A stretch of DNA of 64,000 nucleotides from Chrysomallon squamiferum (taxonomy: Eukaryota; Animalia; Mollusca): contig CM022677.1 of the NCBI GenBank assembly GCA_012295275.1, positions 5,952,001 to 6,016,000 on the forward strand. Reading direction: 5' to 3'. The notes beneath the pieces are model-generated. The model did not search any database. It saw only the letters and a list, made by a program, of their open reading frames with translations, and was not told where the DNA came from. A program made the translations under genes and the position numbers. Below are positions 42,801 to 55,062 of this stretch, piece after piece. Position 1 is the stretch's first letter; every line of letters starts with the position of its first letter.

Positions 42801-43062
42801 CTCAACACCTGCGTCAGTTGTATGCAGGCTTGGATTTCCCTATAGTAATAGGGATAAACACATTTTTTCGTCATCAGCTGTAGAATTAAACACAAAACTG
42901 CTACACATTATGACAAAATAAGAACGATCTAACTGAGTTTTTACTTGTATCTCGTTACATGATATGAAGTGTAAGTACGTTACAATCTGTTACACTTTAG
43001 TAAAGAAAAATTTCCAAAGAAGTAAATGAAATATCACCATCATCATCATTATCATTATCATC

Positions 43063-43109
<47 letters not shown>

Positions 43110-43555
43110 AACTACTACTGATAATATAAACTTTTCTCAGAAACTTAATTAAGAAATGAACGAGTGTTTTTTTGTTTTTTTGTTTTTTTAATATAAATCC
43201 ACTTATATACCTTATTAAAGTAATCTATACAAACTATATTTTCTTTAAATCAGTGTATTTACTAGGGAAAAGGTAATGAAAAAGATTATTTTCAACGTCC
43301 CACTTAGCAGGTTTATAGAAAGGGACTGACTTGGTGTAATACCAAACAATACACAAGTTTTATTGTTGTTGTTGTTTTTGTTTGTGTTTTTTTTTTTTTT
43401 TGTTAATTGTTTTTCTTTTTTATCAAACCGTAATGAAACGACCGTTTTAAAACTATTTTATTTATTTATTTATTCATTTATTTATTTTAATTACAATACG
43501 AATAAGGAAATATCTCGGGGTACGATTAACTTCTGTTTCGATTTATTTACTTTTA

Positions 43556-43640
43556 GCTCCCAGAAGCTGATATATGTAGACAGCTCAAGTGCTGCATGTC
43601 CTTGGTGCATATTTGTTGGATTCCAGATGTAAACACTCAC
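43556..43640 (-). pseudogene. 5' fragment of an A/B-type gene (VSVYIWNPTNMHQGHAALELSTYISFWE)
   Basis: GTG start, two-codon deletion, then truncated; intron and degenerate exon-1/promoter retained up to about 44890. Confidence 0.75.
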
Positions 43641-43904
43641 TGTTCTGTTACCTGATAAATAATGTAAAAACACAATATTATCTTCAGCAGTATCATAAAA
43701 AAGAACTATGCACCTTTCTCTCTGTCTGTATTTCAACCTACCTATATATGTATCTGAATGTTTGTGTATATGTATGTATGTATGTGTGTATGTATGTATG
43801 TATATATGTATGTATTTATGAATGTATGTATGTGTGTCTGTGTATGTAGTTATGGATTTATGTGTGTATATATTTATATGTCTATGTATGAATCTATATA
43901 TATA

Positions 43905-43947
<43 letters not shown>

Positions 43948-44378
43948 ATGTGTGTGTGTGTGTATATGTAAGTATGCCCATAAGTATGTAACTATCGGCC
44001 TATCCCTCTGCATATCCATAAGCTCGTAAACTGATTCTATTGATCATGAAAGCATTAAGACATCTCTTTGAAAAATCTCTGGCCAATCCACGTAGCTGAG
44101 GGTGTACTACACAAAAGAAATCGTGACAGAAATAAATAAATACCCACAATGTTTGAAATTCACTATTCTAAATAAATAAATACAAATATGCGATAACCCT
44201 TTCTATTACCTCTTTCTTCTGATTTTATAACAAATGTTTTAGAAAACAGATTATCCGAGAATTGTCTTTATTTTTTTCTATTTAAAATATTTATTAACGT
44301 AAATAGAATTACCAAGCAAGAAAGAAAGAGAAAACATAAACGTTTACTTTCGAAAATTACTAAATAAACAAATAATTC

Positions 44379-44437
<59 letters not shown>

Positions 44438-45221
44438 GTCATTTGTAACGAATGTACAAAACTAATGTATGAACAATAAAGTGTGCCGTTCAAAACAACC
44501 TTTACAGACTCTGATTTACGAACACATTATTCGCTCAATAACGCTGCTAGAAAAACGAGAAAACTAATGTTTTATTATGTATTAACAATAATAATAATAA
44601 TTATATGTTCTCAGTCTTTCAGGTGAAAGAAAAACTGTCAATATGGCGACTACTCAAAAAGTAATAAAACAACAACAACCCTGAGACGTTCCATTTATCA
44701 CAGTCAAAGAGCGTTTTGTATAGATACAAATATATACACAACAACACGACAACAAGGCTAGAAGTAGTAATAAAACAAGTGGGAGGGGTATATGTGACCC
44801 CTGCTACCTCTGTTTGTTAAAAATAGGAGGCCGTGTTAGCCTGTGTCTACTTTTGATTATTTACAATGGCTTCGTCCTGGTTTCGATTTCGTGAAAAAAA
44901 AAAAAAAAAAAAAGGAAACAGAAATGAATAGATAATAAATACATAGATAAAATATTTCTTTCAGTACGTTACTATGAAGTTTTATTTATTTAAGTTCTGT
45001 AATATTCTATTATATTAACAAATATATACTCTTTTAAATATTAATTGGCTGCCTCTGTGTATGTATGTATGTATGTGTGTGGATGTGTATGTGTATATGC
45101 ATGTATATAGATATATAAGATATTTATACATGTGTGTATGTATTTAAGAATTAAAAAACGCACTTGCTCTTGAATTGTTAGTTTTTATTATTATTAATAT
45201 TATTATTATTATTATTATTAT

Positions 45222-45277
<56 letters not shown>

Positions 45278-45777
45278 TTTTTCTCTTTACTTTTTAAAAT
45301 GTGATCTCTATGTATTCGAACTGATTTAAGGCTGACCATTATAATGCGCTTTAGTCCAATTCATTTCTATATCTTTTATTTATTTAAGTTGTAAACTTCT
45401 ATGATATTAGCAAATAAATACTATTTTAAATTATAATTGCCTGACTTTCTGTAGCTCTGTATTATTTATATATGTGTTTGTCTTTATGTGTGTATGTATG
45501 TATAAATACACCTATGATGCTTATGCATGATTCTATGTGTTTTGAAAATAAAAATAATAAAATACAAAAAAGTAATTAAAAACAAAATTAAAATTAAAAA
45601 ATTAAAAAATCTAATTTTACGTCTAGTTATTCGAGTTGACTTAAAGTAGACCATTGTAATGTATATTACAGTGTGTATCGAACCATTTGACCTTTTTAGG
45701 GTAACTTTGTTGTACTTGCTCGTTTTGGGCTGTTTAATTACACATAGCTTTGTACAGACGTATTATTCAGAATAAAA

Positions 45778-46550
45778 TGTCCTGTGAACTATAACGGTAT
45801 GTCCTGTGAACTATAACGGGATATCGTGTGAACTATAACAGGATGACCTCTGAACTATAATGGGCTGTCCTGTGAACTATAAGGCGGTGTCCTGTGAACT
45901 ATATCGGGATGTCCTGTGAACTATAACGGGGGTGTCATGTGAACTATAACGGGATGTCCTGTGAACTATAACGGGGTGTCCTGTGAACTATAACGGGGTG
46001 TCCTGTGAACTATAACGGGATGTCCTGTGAACTATAACGGGGTGTCCTGTGAACAATCACGGGATGTCCTGTGAACTATAACTGGATGTCCTGTGAACTA
46101 TAACGGGATGTCCTGTGAACTATGACGGGATGTCCTGTGAACTATAACGGGATGTCCTGTGAACTATATCGGGATGTCCTGTGAACTATAACGGGGGTGT
46201 CATGTGAACTATAACGGGATGTCCTGTGAACTATAACGGGGTGTCCTGTGAACTATAACGGGGTGTCCTGTGAACTATAACGGGATGTCCTGTGAACTAT
46301 AACGGGGTGTCCTGTGAACAATCACGGGATGTCCTGTGAACTATAACTGGATGTCCTGTGAACTATAACGGGATGTCCTGTGAACTATGACGGGATGTCC
46401 TGTGAACTATAACGGGATGTCCTGTGAACTATAACGGGATGTCCTGTGAACTATAACTGGATGTCCTGTGAACTATAACTGGATGTCCTGTGAACTATAA
46501 CGGGATGTCCTGTGAACTATAACGTGGTGTCCTGTGAACTAAGACAGGAA
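45778..46550. repeat. 22-bp minisatellite (tgtcctgtgaactataacggga)n
   Basis: About 35 head-to-tail units with variation concentrated in 5 positions. Confidence 0.95.
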
Positions 46551-46764
46551 TTCCTGTTACTGGGCAGTCAGTAAATCAGAATATTGCTCCTTCGCGATTT
46601 TACCAGTTTCAACATTTACTCCTAATGTGTGTGTGGGTGTTTATATTGATGTATGCATGGATGTATGTGTGTGTGTCTGTATTTATGTATGGATATGCTG
46701 GAACCATGACAGACAACCAGTTCACTTCTACGTTTATTGGTGGGAAAACCATTTTTAGGCTGAA

Positions 46765-46822
<58 letters not shown>

Positions 46823-48573
46823 TTTTTCTAGTTTAATCGTCGTTCCGTTAACCTTTAAATTAAAATGGTAGCAGCAGCAGTACTAAAATATTAAAACGAA
46901 TTAAATATGTAATGCAAATTTGGAAAAATAACAGCAAGCATAAACTGCTGGATGGTTAAGATAAATTTTCTAGAAAGACTGGGTCCCTTTTACACATGCA
47001 TATTATTGATAAACACAAAGTAGACAAATGAATATTTGTTACGGACATACAAACAGGCAAACATATGAATATTTATTTCAGACACGCAAACAGACATATA
47101 TTATATAGAGACAAACAAACAGACAGACTGAAGGATGGAGGAATATTTATATCTGACAAGCAAACAGACAGACAGGCAGACAGATGGATGTTCATTACAG
47201 ACAAGCAAAGATACAGACATTCATCCACAGCCAGTGCTGACCTATAAAAGATCCTGTAGACAGCGGTCATGATGTGGGTTCCAGTGTGCGGAAAGTGCAC
47301 GTGAAAATGATGCAAATCCTGCATCTCGAGTCATTTCTGTATCTGCAGATTGCATTTCCACGATATCACCTTTCTTTCTAGACAGCAGCAGCGGTCAGCG
47401 TTCTGTGCTGCTCTTTTCTCGGACGTGGCTGATGTATTCTTCTTTCGCAGGTTTGCGGTTATTAACACTACATGTTTGTGGATATTGTCAGATATCTGTA
47501 GTTTCTCATACCTGTTGATCTGAGACAGCTGAACCAGGAGGACCTGTATAGCTTTGCATTGATATATGATTAACAAAGACTTTGCTTTTTCTTTTCTTTT
47601 CTTTTTTTTTTCTTTTTTCTTTTAAAGAATGATGTCCAACAGTGGCTCAACCATGGTGGTAGAGACTTACAATCTGACAATGACAAGACTGGTAATAAGG
47701 TCAGTTATGCTACGTGTAGTAACATATGTCCATGTTATCCACAAAGCATCTTAATAAATATTTGTACCATTTATTTCGTCAGTTTCAGAACTGAGATCAG
47801 CACAGGTGTGTTTTTTTTTTCACACACATACACTTTATTTTACATTTTATCTTCATTCGATCCTTAGTGCCCGAAAACTTATAAAATGACCTTCAGTTTA
47901 AGTTTCTATCTTATCTAATAATCGTTAAAAAAAAATTCTCGGATTTGTTGGCGGCCATCTTGTATATACACTTTTTAGAATAACTGAAATGGCAACAAAT
48001 AAAATACACTTCAATAATTAATTATTTCTTATTTACTGTTAGTTATTGGCATATAGATAACATGATAACATAATGTAGTGTTTTAAAAGGCCAACAGGAC
48101 TTTTATTTGACTTAAAACAGCCACATCTTTAACATTTTTATGGTTGCCATCCTGATTTATTTGTGTTTGAAAAACATGGCTGCTTTAGATTCTTCATGCC
48201 TGAAAGTCTATAAATCGATCTTCCTTTTATATTTCTATCTGATCTAGGTAAGAAGATATGAGGAAAGTACATTCGGGTGGAATTAGCCTCCTAGCAATAA
48301 TTGGTCAAGGGTGAGAAGATGTCACCCGGCAGTTTCAGTACATGTGTCCTAAACTTCAGTTGTCAACACTAAAACAAGGTTAAACACAAACATGATCTTT
48401 GTCTGCCGATCTGTAATATTACACATGTCTCTTATTTCTCACACTCCACTCTAAAAATAGTCAAATAATTTTTTTCTCATATTTTAATGTGTATGGGAAA
48501 GAGATATATTATTTTGCCTTCTCATCGAAGCGTCTATTTACATTACTTCGAAATCCAAGGTTTTTGTTTCCTT

Positions 48574-48602
48574 GTTTCGTTTTCCTGCAGACGCCATATT
48601 GC
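48574..48602 (+). promoter_or_regulatory. Candidate C-gene promoter: ISRE-like GTTTCGTTTTCC next to YY1-like CGCCATATTG
   Basis: About 0.9 kb upstream of the C3 ATG; also at about 56815 and as an orphan at about 36764. Confidence 0.4.
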
Positions 48603-49493
48603 CTGCTTGAAATTTTGTTTTATAGTCTAAGCTCATTACGTTTGTATTAAGATTGTGAATGTTTCGATGAAATATTTGCTTGAAAGAAGAATCTGTGATA
48701 AAAAGCCTTTCTCTGGATCCATTAAAAAAAGGTAAAATTATTATTGATAACTGAAATGTAATTGAAAATTTAATTTTTTGTGAGGCCATGACAGTGTCCA
48801 TGTTAAACAGTTAGTAAGATTGTAAATTCAAAAGCGTTTTGATAACTATAATCTATTTCTTTTTATTGTATTATTCTGAAAACAGGAAGAGGATATCTAT
48901 ATATCTATCTATTTATCTGTCTATGAGGAAAATAGATTCGGTCTATCATATAGTTATAATTATATATCAATTATATAATTTATATATTTCAGTTATACAA
49001 AGTTTGGTCTTTTACATTTTAAAAGTTTTTGTTGAAATGTATTAGTGACATAGAAAATAATATTCAAGTGCATTAACAAACGTATATAAGCGATTAACAG
49101 GTAAAGTTGAAAAGGAGCTGAAGATTACTGAACGAATAATTAGACAACTCCTATTATATTCAAATATGACAAGCATTGGAAGTGGGTGAAAACCATAAAC
49201 TCGATATATTACGCCATCGATCGCGCAAGAATCATGTGATTAAAATGTGCATTGTTATTCGAGGTTAATATGTTAGGTACTGTTCATTATAGCGCAAAAG
49301 AGCAAATAGGAGAGGAAAAACCATACAACCCCAAAACACAACAACATAAACAATAACACACACACTCACACACACACACACACACTCACACACACACCCA
49401 CACTCACACACACATGTACTAATAAAAATATCCGAAATATATTTTGAACTTTTTAATTCTGTCATTCCTGGGATTTATTTTTCAGATAAAACA

Positions 49494-49922
49494 ATGAGAG
49501 CTTATATTTGGTTTCCATCGCCAACAGAAAGTAAAATTGGACATGGTACTCTCGAGCTATCTAATGGAACGTACATAAGCTGGTGGCCAGGAAGAGGAGG
49601 AGGTAACTGTTATGCACAAGCATCTCTTCGAGATGACATAAGAGCTGAAGGCAGAGATCCTGACAGGATAATAGACTTGGATGACCTGAACTTAAATGAA
49701 TACAAGATTGAAGAATGGTGGATTGGCTGGCGGATGAGAGGTTTCTATTCTTTGTTTGGAGAAAATTGTTGCTGGGTAGTTTATAGCGCTTTAAGAGCTG
49801 GAGGCGCCTCTATCGGTTTGAACCCAGTGTGGTCGCCTGCCATTTTGTATCGTTATCTCCTGAGACTTAAAACTGGGGTTTTTGGACTTCTGGGATCATT
49901 CCTTTTTTCAACACCTATATAA
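49494..49922 (+). CDS. Subfamily C copy 3 (Cys-type), 142 aa
   Basis: Intact ORF, GHGTL..YSLFGENCC. Confidence 0.85.
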   Translation: MRAYIWFPSPTESKIGHGTLELSNGTYISWWPGRGGGNCYAQASLRDDIRAEGRDPDRIIDLDDLNLNEYKIEEWWIGWRMRGFYSLFGENCCWVVYSALRAGGASIGLNPVWSPAILYRYLLRLKTGVFGLLGSFLFSTPI

Positions 49923-51606
49923 AAGGTGTCCAAGCTTGGATTTCCTGTAGTAGTATCGGATAAACAAGGATTCGTCATCACCTGTACTGCTGTAAAATTC
50001 CTGCTCTGATAAAAACTGTATAATTTACAGTTAAAACTGTAGAACAAAACACGAAGCTTCTACACAGTAAGACAAAATATACTGTTTCATACACTGAGTT
50101 GATGTAAAAAAAGAAAAAGCTGTACAAAGAAACAAAAAAACTGACTGTTTGTCTCTTTCTAACTATCTATCTATATATGTGGGTGAAGAGTGTATGATTA
50201 ATAATAAAAAAATAACAAAGAACTAACTGAATTTTTACTTGTATCTCGTTACACAATATGAAGTGTAAGTACCTTACAATCTGTTACTCTTTACTAAAGA
50301 AAATTATCCGAAGATTTTTTTTTTTTTTTTTTTTTTTTTAATCAACTCGTAATGAAACGATCGTTTTAAAAGTAGTTTATTAATTAATTAATTAATTAAT
50401 GTATTTATTTATTTTAATCAAGATATGAATAAGGAAATATCTCGGGGTTTGAGTAATTTCTGTTTCGGTTTCCTTCTTTTAACAGATACGTGTACACACC
50501 GTGCAAACAGATAATGTTACGATCTGACCTTTCACCTTTATGTCATGTTTATCAGTGGGGAATGTGATCTCAAACTGACGTCATCCCTAGTGATACATGT
50601 CACTGGTCTGAAAAAAAGTATGATCACTGTTAGTCACGTGAACTTCATTGGAAAAAAAAAATAATAAAAAAAATAAAAAAAATAAAAATAAAATAAAATA
50701 AATAAATAAATAAATAACGCCATATGTATCTTTTAATATATGTATGTAGGTCTTTGTCTATCTGTCTGTCTGTATGTTTGTTTATATATTTACGTATGCG
50801 TATTTTCTGTATTACATATGTGTTATTAAACTTCAGAAAGATAATATGGGGGGATGCAACAATTACGACCTCACAAACGCCAGGTGGCGCTGACGAGACT
50901 CGAACGTACAACACTCATGTGATCACAATCCGTATATAAAAAAATATATATATATACAAAACAAATTCAAACTGATTAGTAATAACAAACAGTACTATCT
51001 TTCTTTCATCAGAAATCTGATAATTATAATTAATTTAATCTGAAATATCATAAATCAACAGGTTTGTTTCACTATATATAGTTTATAGTATATATAGCAA
51101 CTCGTATATATACTTTAATTATTATTACAGAAATATAAAAATAATAAAATTAAATTAAATAAATTCGAAAATGATAATGGTATTACACAGACTGGTGTTA
51201 TATGATTAATGACACTGATATAATCTGACTTCAGCTCTGTTTAAAACAAATTTAATTTTTATTTTTTATTCACATTATTAAAAGAAATATATATATATAT
51301 GTATGTAGAATATAGAATATCAAATTGTTATTTCCTACTGACAGTCAGAATAGATCGATAGGCAAAGAAAACATAAACAGTAAATTCGTAAGATATCAAA
51401 AGAAAATGATACGGGGGAAAATCCACCAGAAAATAACCAGAAAAGCAATAAAAATTTCGAAGTAAATTTAATACATTTTGTCAACGTTATTTGTAACATT
51501 TATGTAGATTGTTGATTTCTTTTTCTTTTTTTTTCAAATTGTTAAACAAATTTCGTTTGTTGTCACACCGCTATGACATCAGGAAGTGAAGCGAGCACGG
51601 AACAAC

Positions 51607-52042
51607 TCAATGAAAAAAAGAAGTCACAAGTCCCCAGAAGCCGTGTTTGACTCTCTGTAGATATCGGTAGAGGATTCCAGCTGTCCAGAGAGGATTCAAA
51701 CTAATGGTAGCTCCCCCTGCTCGCAGAGCCTGGTAAACAGTATAGAAACTGTTGTAATTGTAGAATCCGAAGAATGCTGTTTGTTTCCACTGAAACCACC
51801 ATCTTTCTATCATTCCTTCATCCAATGAGAGATCATCAACGCTGATGACGTCATCAGGATCGGCTAACAGGATTTTTTTGGTCAAATTCAAGACTTCCCG
51901 ATTCTCCACACCTGTTTAGTATTACCGTATTTTTATTTTTTATGATGTCACGCTCCCAGGCGCTGATGTATGTACCATTAGACAGCTCAAGTGATGCATG
52001 TCCGTGGTGAATATTTGTTGGATTCCAGATGTAGACCGTCAT
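51607..52042 (-). pseudogene. Subfamily B copy 3; one extra A in gaccaaaaaaatc
   Basis: ORFs 51854-52042 and 51607-51909 overlap; 436 nt vs the expected 435. Confidence 0.7.
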
Positions 52043-53562
52043 TGTTCTGTTTCCTGATAAATAAAGTAAAATTATCTTCAGAAGAATCGCAATAAAGAAC
52101 CATAAAACCTTTGTGTCTGTCTTTCTGTCTGCCTAACTACTTATCTATATGTGTACGTATGTATGTAAGAGTCTATGTATGGATGGATTTACGGATGAAT
52201 ATATGTATATTTGTACGTATGTATGTGTGTAATTATATATCTATCTATCTTTCTGTATATACATATATAATTATCTATCCACTTTTCTGTCTATAAAAAT
52301 GTCTGCCTGGCTATGCATCTATTAATCCATCTCTGGATATATACATACATAGATTCATAAACCCAGTCGCAAGCACGTACCTTATTACTTACATGTATAC
52401 ATAAGTATGAACATGCTTGGTTACATACATACTTACAATCGCAGACACTTAAAAAAAAAAAAAAATATATATATGACAAAAGGGTTCGGGAAAAATGTTT
52501 TGTTGGAGAGCTATGTTATACCAGTACAGTATGACACGGCTGTGAAAATATTCCCAATCTACACAAGGAAATCGAAACGGAGGTAGACAGCAAGACAGAG
52601 AGGAGATAAGTCGTATATTTTTTAAATAAAAATAACAACAATAATAACAACAATAATAATAACTATAATAATAATAATAATAATAACAACAACAACAACA
52701 ACAACAACAGCAATAATAACAACAACAACAACAACAACAATAAATGAATGAATAACTGATATCGAAACTTGTTGCTAGTTTTACAACTATCAGTAAAATA
52801 ATAAAGTAGGACACTGAGTATAAACGTCACAGTTTTTGTTCTGTCAACAAAATTATTGTCTCACTGGCTGACAAACTCTGGTATAGTTATTTTGTCTTAA
52901 CTGTAATAATAATAATTATATGTTACTCACCTAAAGGAGAGGTGTGTTCCCAATCGTACAGGTGAACGAAACACTGTCAGTATGGCGATACACAATGTAA
53001 TCAAATCAATCTAGGTCGCATCATTTATCTGATAAGGGGCTTCACCCAACTCTTCACACTCTTAGTTTTATACACTATAAAGGAGAACAAAGCTAGAAGT
53101 AGTAATAAAATAAGCGGGAGGGGTATATGTGACCCCTGCTACCTCTGTTTGTCTACTGTGTCTAGCCTGTGTCTACTGTTAATTATTTACAGCGGTTTCG
53201 ATGTCGTGAAAAAAAGAAAGGAAAAATAAATGAAAAGACAATAAGCACGAAGATAAAATATTCCTTTCACTACGTTATAATGAAGTTTTATTAATTTAAG
53301 TTCTGTAATATTCTATAATTTTAACAAATATATACTATTTTAAATTATAATCCTCTGTCTGTACTAAATATGTATGTATGTATGTATGTATGTATGCATG
53401 TATGTATGTATGTATGTATGTATGTATGTATGTTTGTGTGTGTGTGTGTGTATGTGTATGGTTGTATGAATGTATATATAAGGTATTTATGCATGTCTGT
53501 ATGTATTCAGATTTAAAAAACGAAATTGCTCTTGAATTGTTTATTATTATTATTATTATTAT

Positions 53563-53597
<35 letters not shown>

Positions 53598-54090
53598 TTT
53601 TTCTCTTTAGTTTTTAAAATTTTATCTCTATGTATTCGAACTGATTTAAAGCTGACCATTATAATGTGCTTTCGTCCAGTTCATTTTTATATCTTTTATT
53701 TATTTAAGTTGTAAACTTCTATGATATTAGTAAATAAATACTATTTTAAGTTATAATTGCCTGCCTCTCTGTATGTATGTATATATGTGTTTGTCTTTAT
53801 GTGTGTATGTATGTATAAATACACCTATGATGCTTATGCATGATTCTATGTGTTTTGAAAATAAAAATAATAAAATACAAAAAAGTAATTAAAAACAAAA
53901 TTAAAATTAAAAAATTAAAAAATCTAATTTTACGTCTAGTTATTCGAGTTGACTTAAAGTAGACCATTGTAATGTATATTACAGTGTGTATCGAACCATT
54001 TGACCTTTTTAGGGTAACTTTGTTGTACTTGCTCGTTTTGGGCTGTTTAATTACACATAGCTTTGTACAGACGTATTATTCAGAATAAAA

Positions 54091-54795
54091 TGTCCTGTGA
54101 ACTATAACGGTATGTCCTGTGAACTATAACGGGATATCGTGTGAACTATAATCGGCTGTCCTGTGAACTATAACAGGATGACCTCTGAACTATAATGGGC
54201 TGTCCTGTGAACTATAATGGGCTGTCCTGTGAACTATAAGGCGGTGTCCTGTGAACTATAACGGGGTGTCCAGTGAACTATAACAGGATATCCTGTGAAC
54301 TATAACGGTATGTCCTGTGAACTATAATGGGCTGTCCTGTGAACTATAACAGGATGACCTCTGAACTATAATCGGCTGTCCTGTGAACTATAAGGCGGTG
54401 TCCTGTGAACTATATCGGGATGTCCTGTGAACTATAACGGGGGTGTCATGTGAACTATAACGGGATGTCCTGTGAACTATAACGGGGTGTCCTGTGAACT
54501 ATAACGGGGTGTCCTGTGAACTATAACGGGATGTCCTGTCAACTATAACGGGGTGTCCTGTGAACAATCACGGGATGTCCTGTGAACTATAACTGGATGT
54601 CCTGTGAACTATAACGGGATGTCCTGTGAACTATGACGGGATGTCCTGTGAACTATAACGGGATGTCCTGTGAACTATAACGGGATGTCCTGTGAACTAT
54701 AACTGGATGTCCTGTGAACTATAACTGGATGTCCTGTGAACTATAACGGGATGTCCTGTGAACTATAACGTGGTGTCCTGTGAACTAAGACAGGA
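54091..54795. repeat. 22-bp minisatellite copy 2
   Basis: Same unit, different unit order and number. Confidence 0.95.
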
Positions 54796-55010
54796 ATTCC
54801 TGTTACTGGGCAGTCAGTAAATCAGAATATTGCTCCTTCGCGATTTTACCAGTTTCAACATTTACTCCTAATGTGTGTGTGGGTGTTTATATTGATGTAT
54901 GCATGGATGTATGTGTGTGTGTCTGTATTTATGTATGGATATGCTGGAACCATGACAGACAACCAGTTCACTTCTACGTTTATTGGTGGGAAAACCATTT
55001 TTAGGCTGAA

Positions 55011-55062
<52 letters not shown>

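Noticed and set aside
45788-45800. aactataacgg resembles the LSU rRNA / I-CeuI site start
   Set aside because: The match is about 11 nt and does not extend into rRNA sequence.
45778-46550. CRISPR-like array (constant 17-mer with a short variable part)
   Set aside because: The variable part is only about 5 nt and recurs, there are no cas genes and the context is eukaryotic; it is a 22-bp minisatellite.
47830-48320. Possible DNA-transposon remnant with ggcggccatcttg motif
   Set aside because: No terminal repeats or coding motifs could be established.
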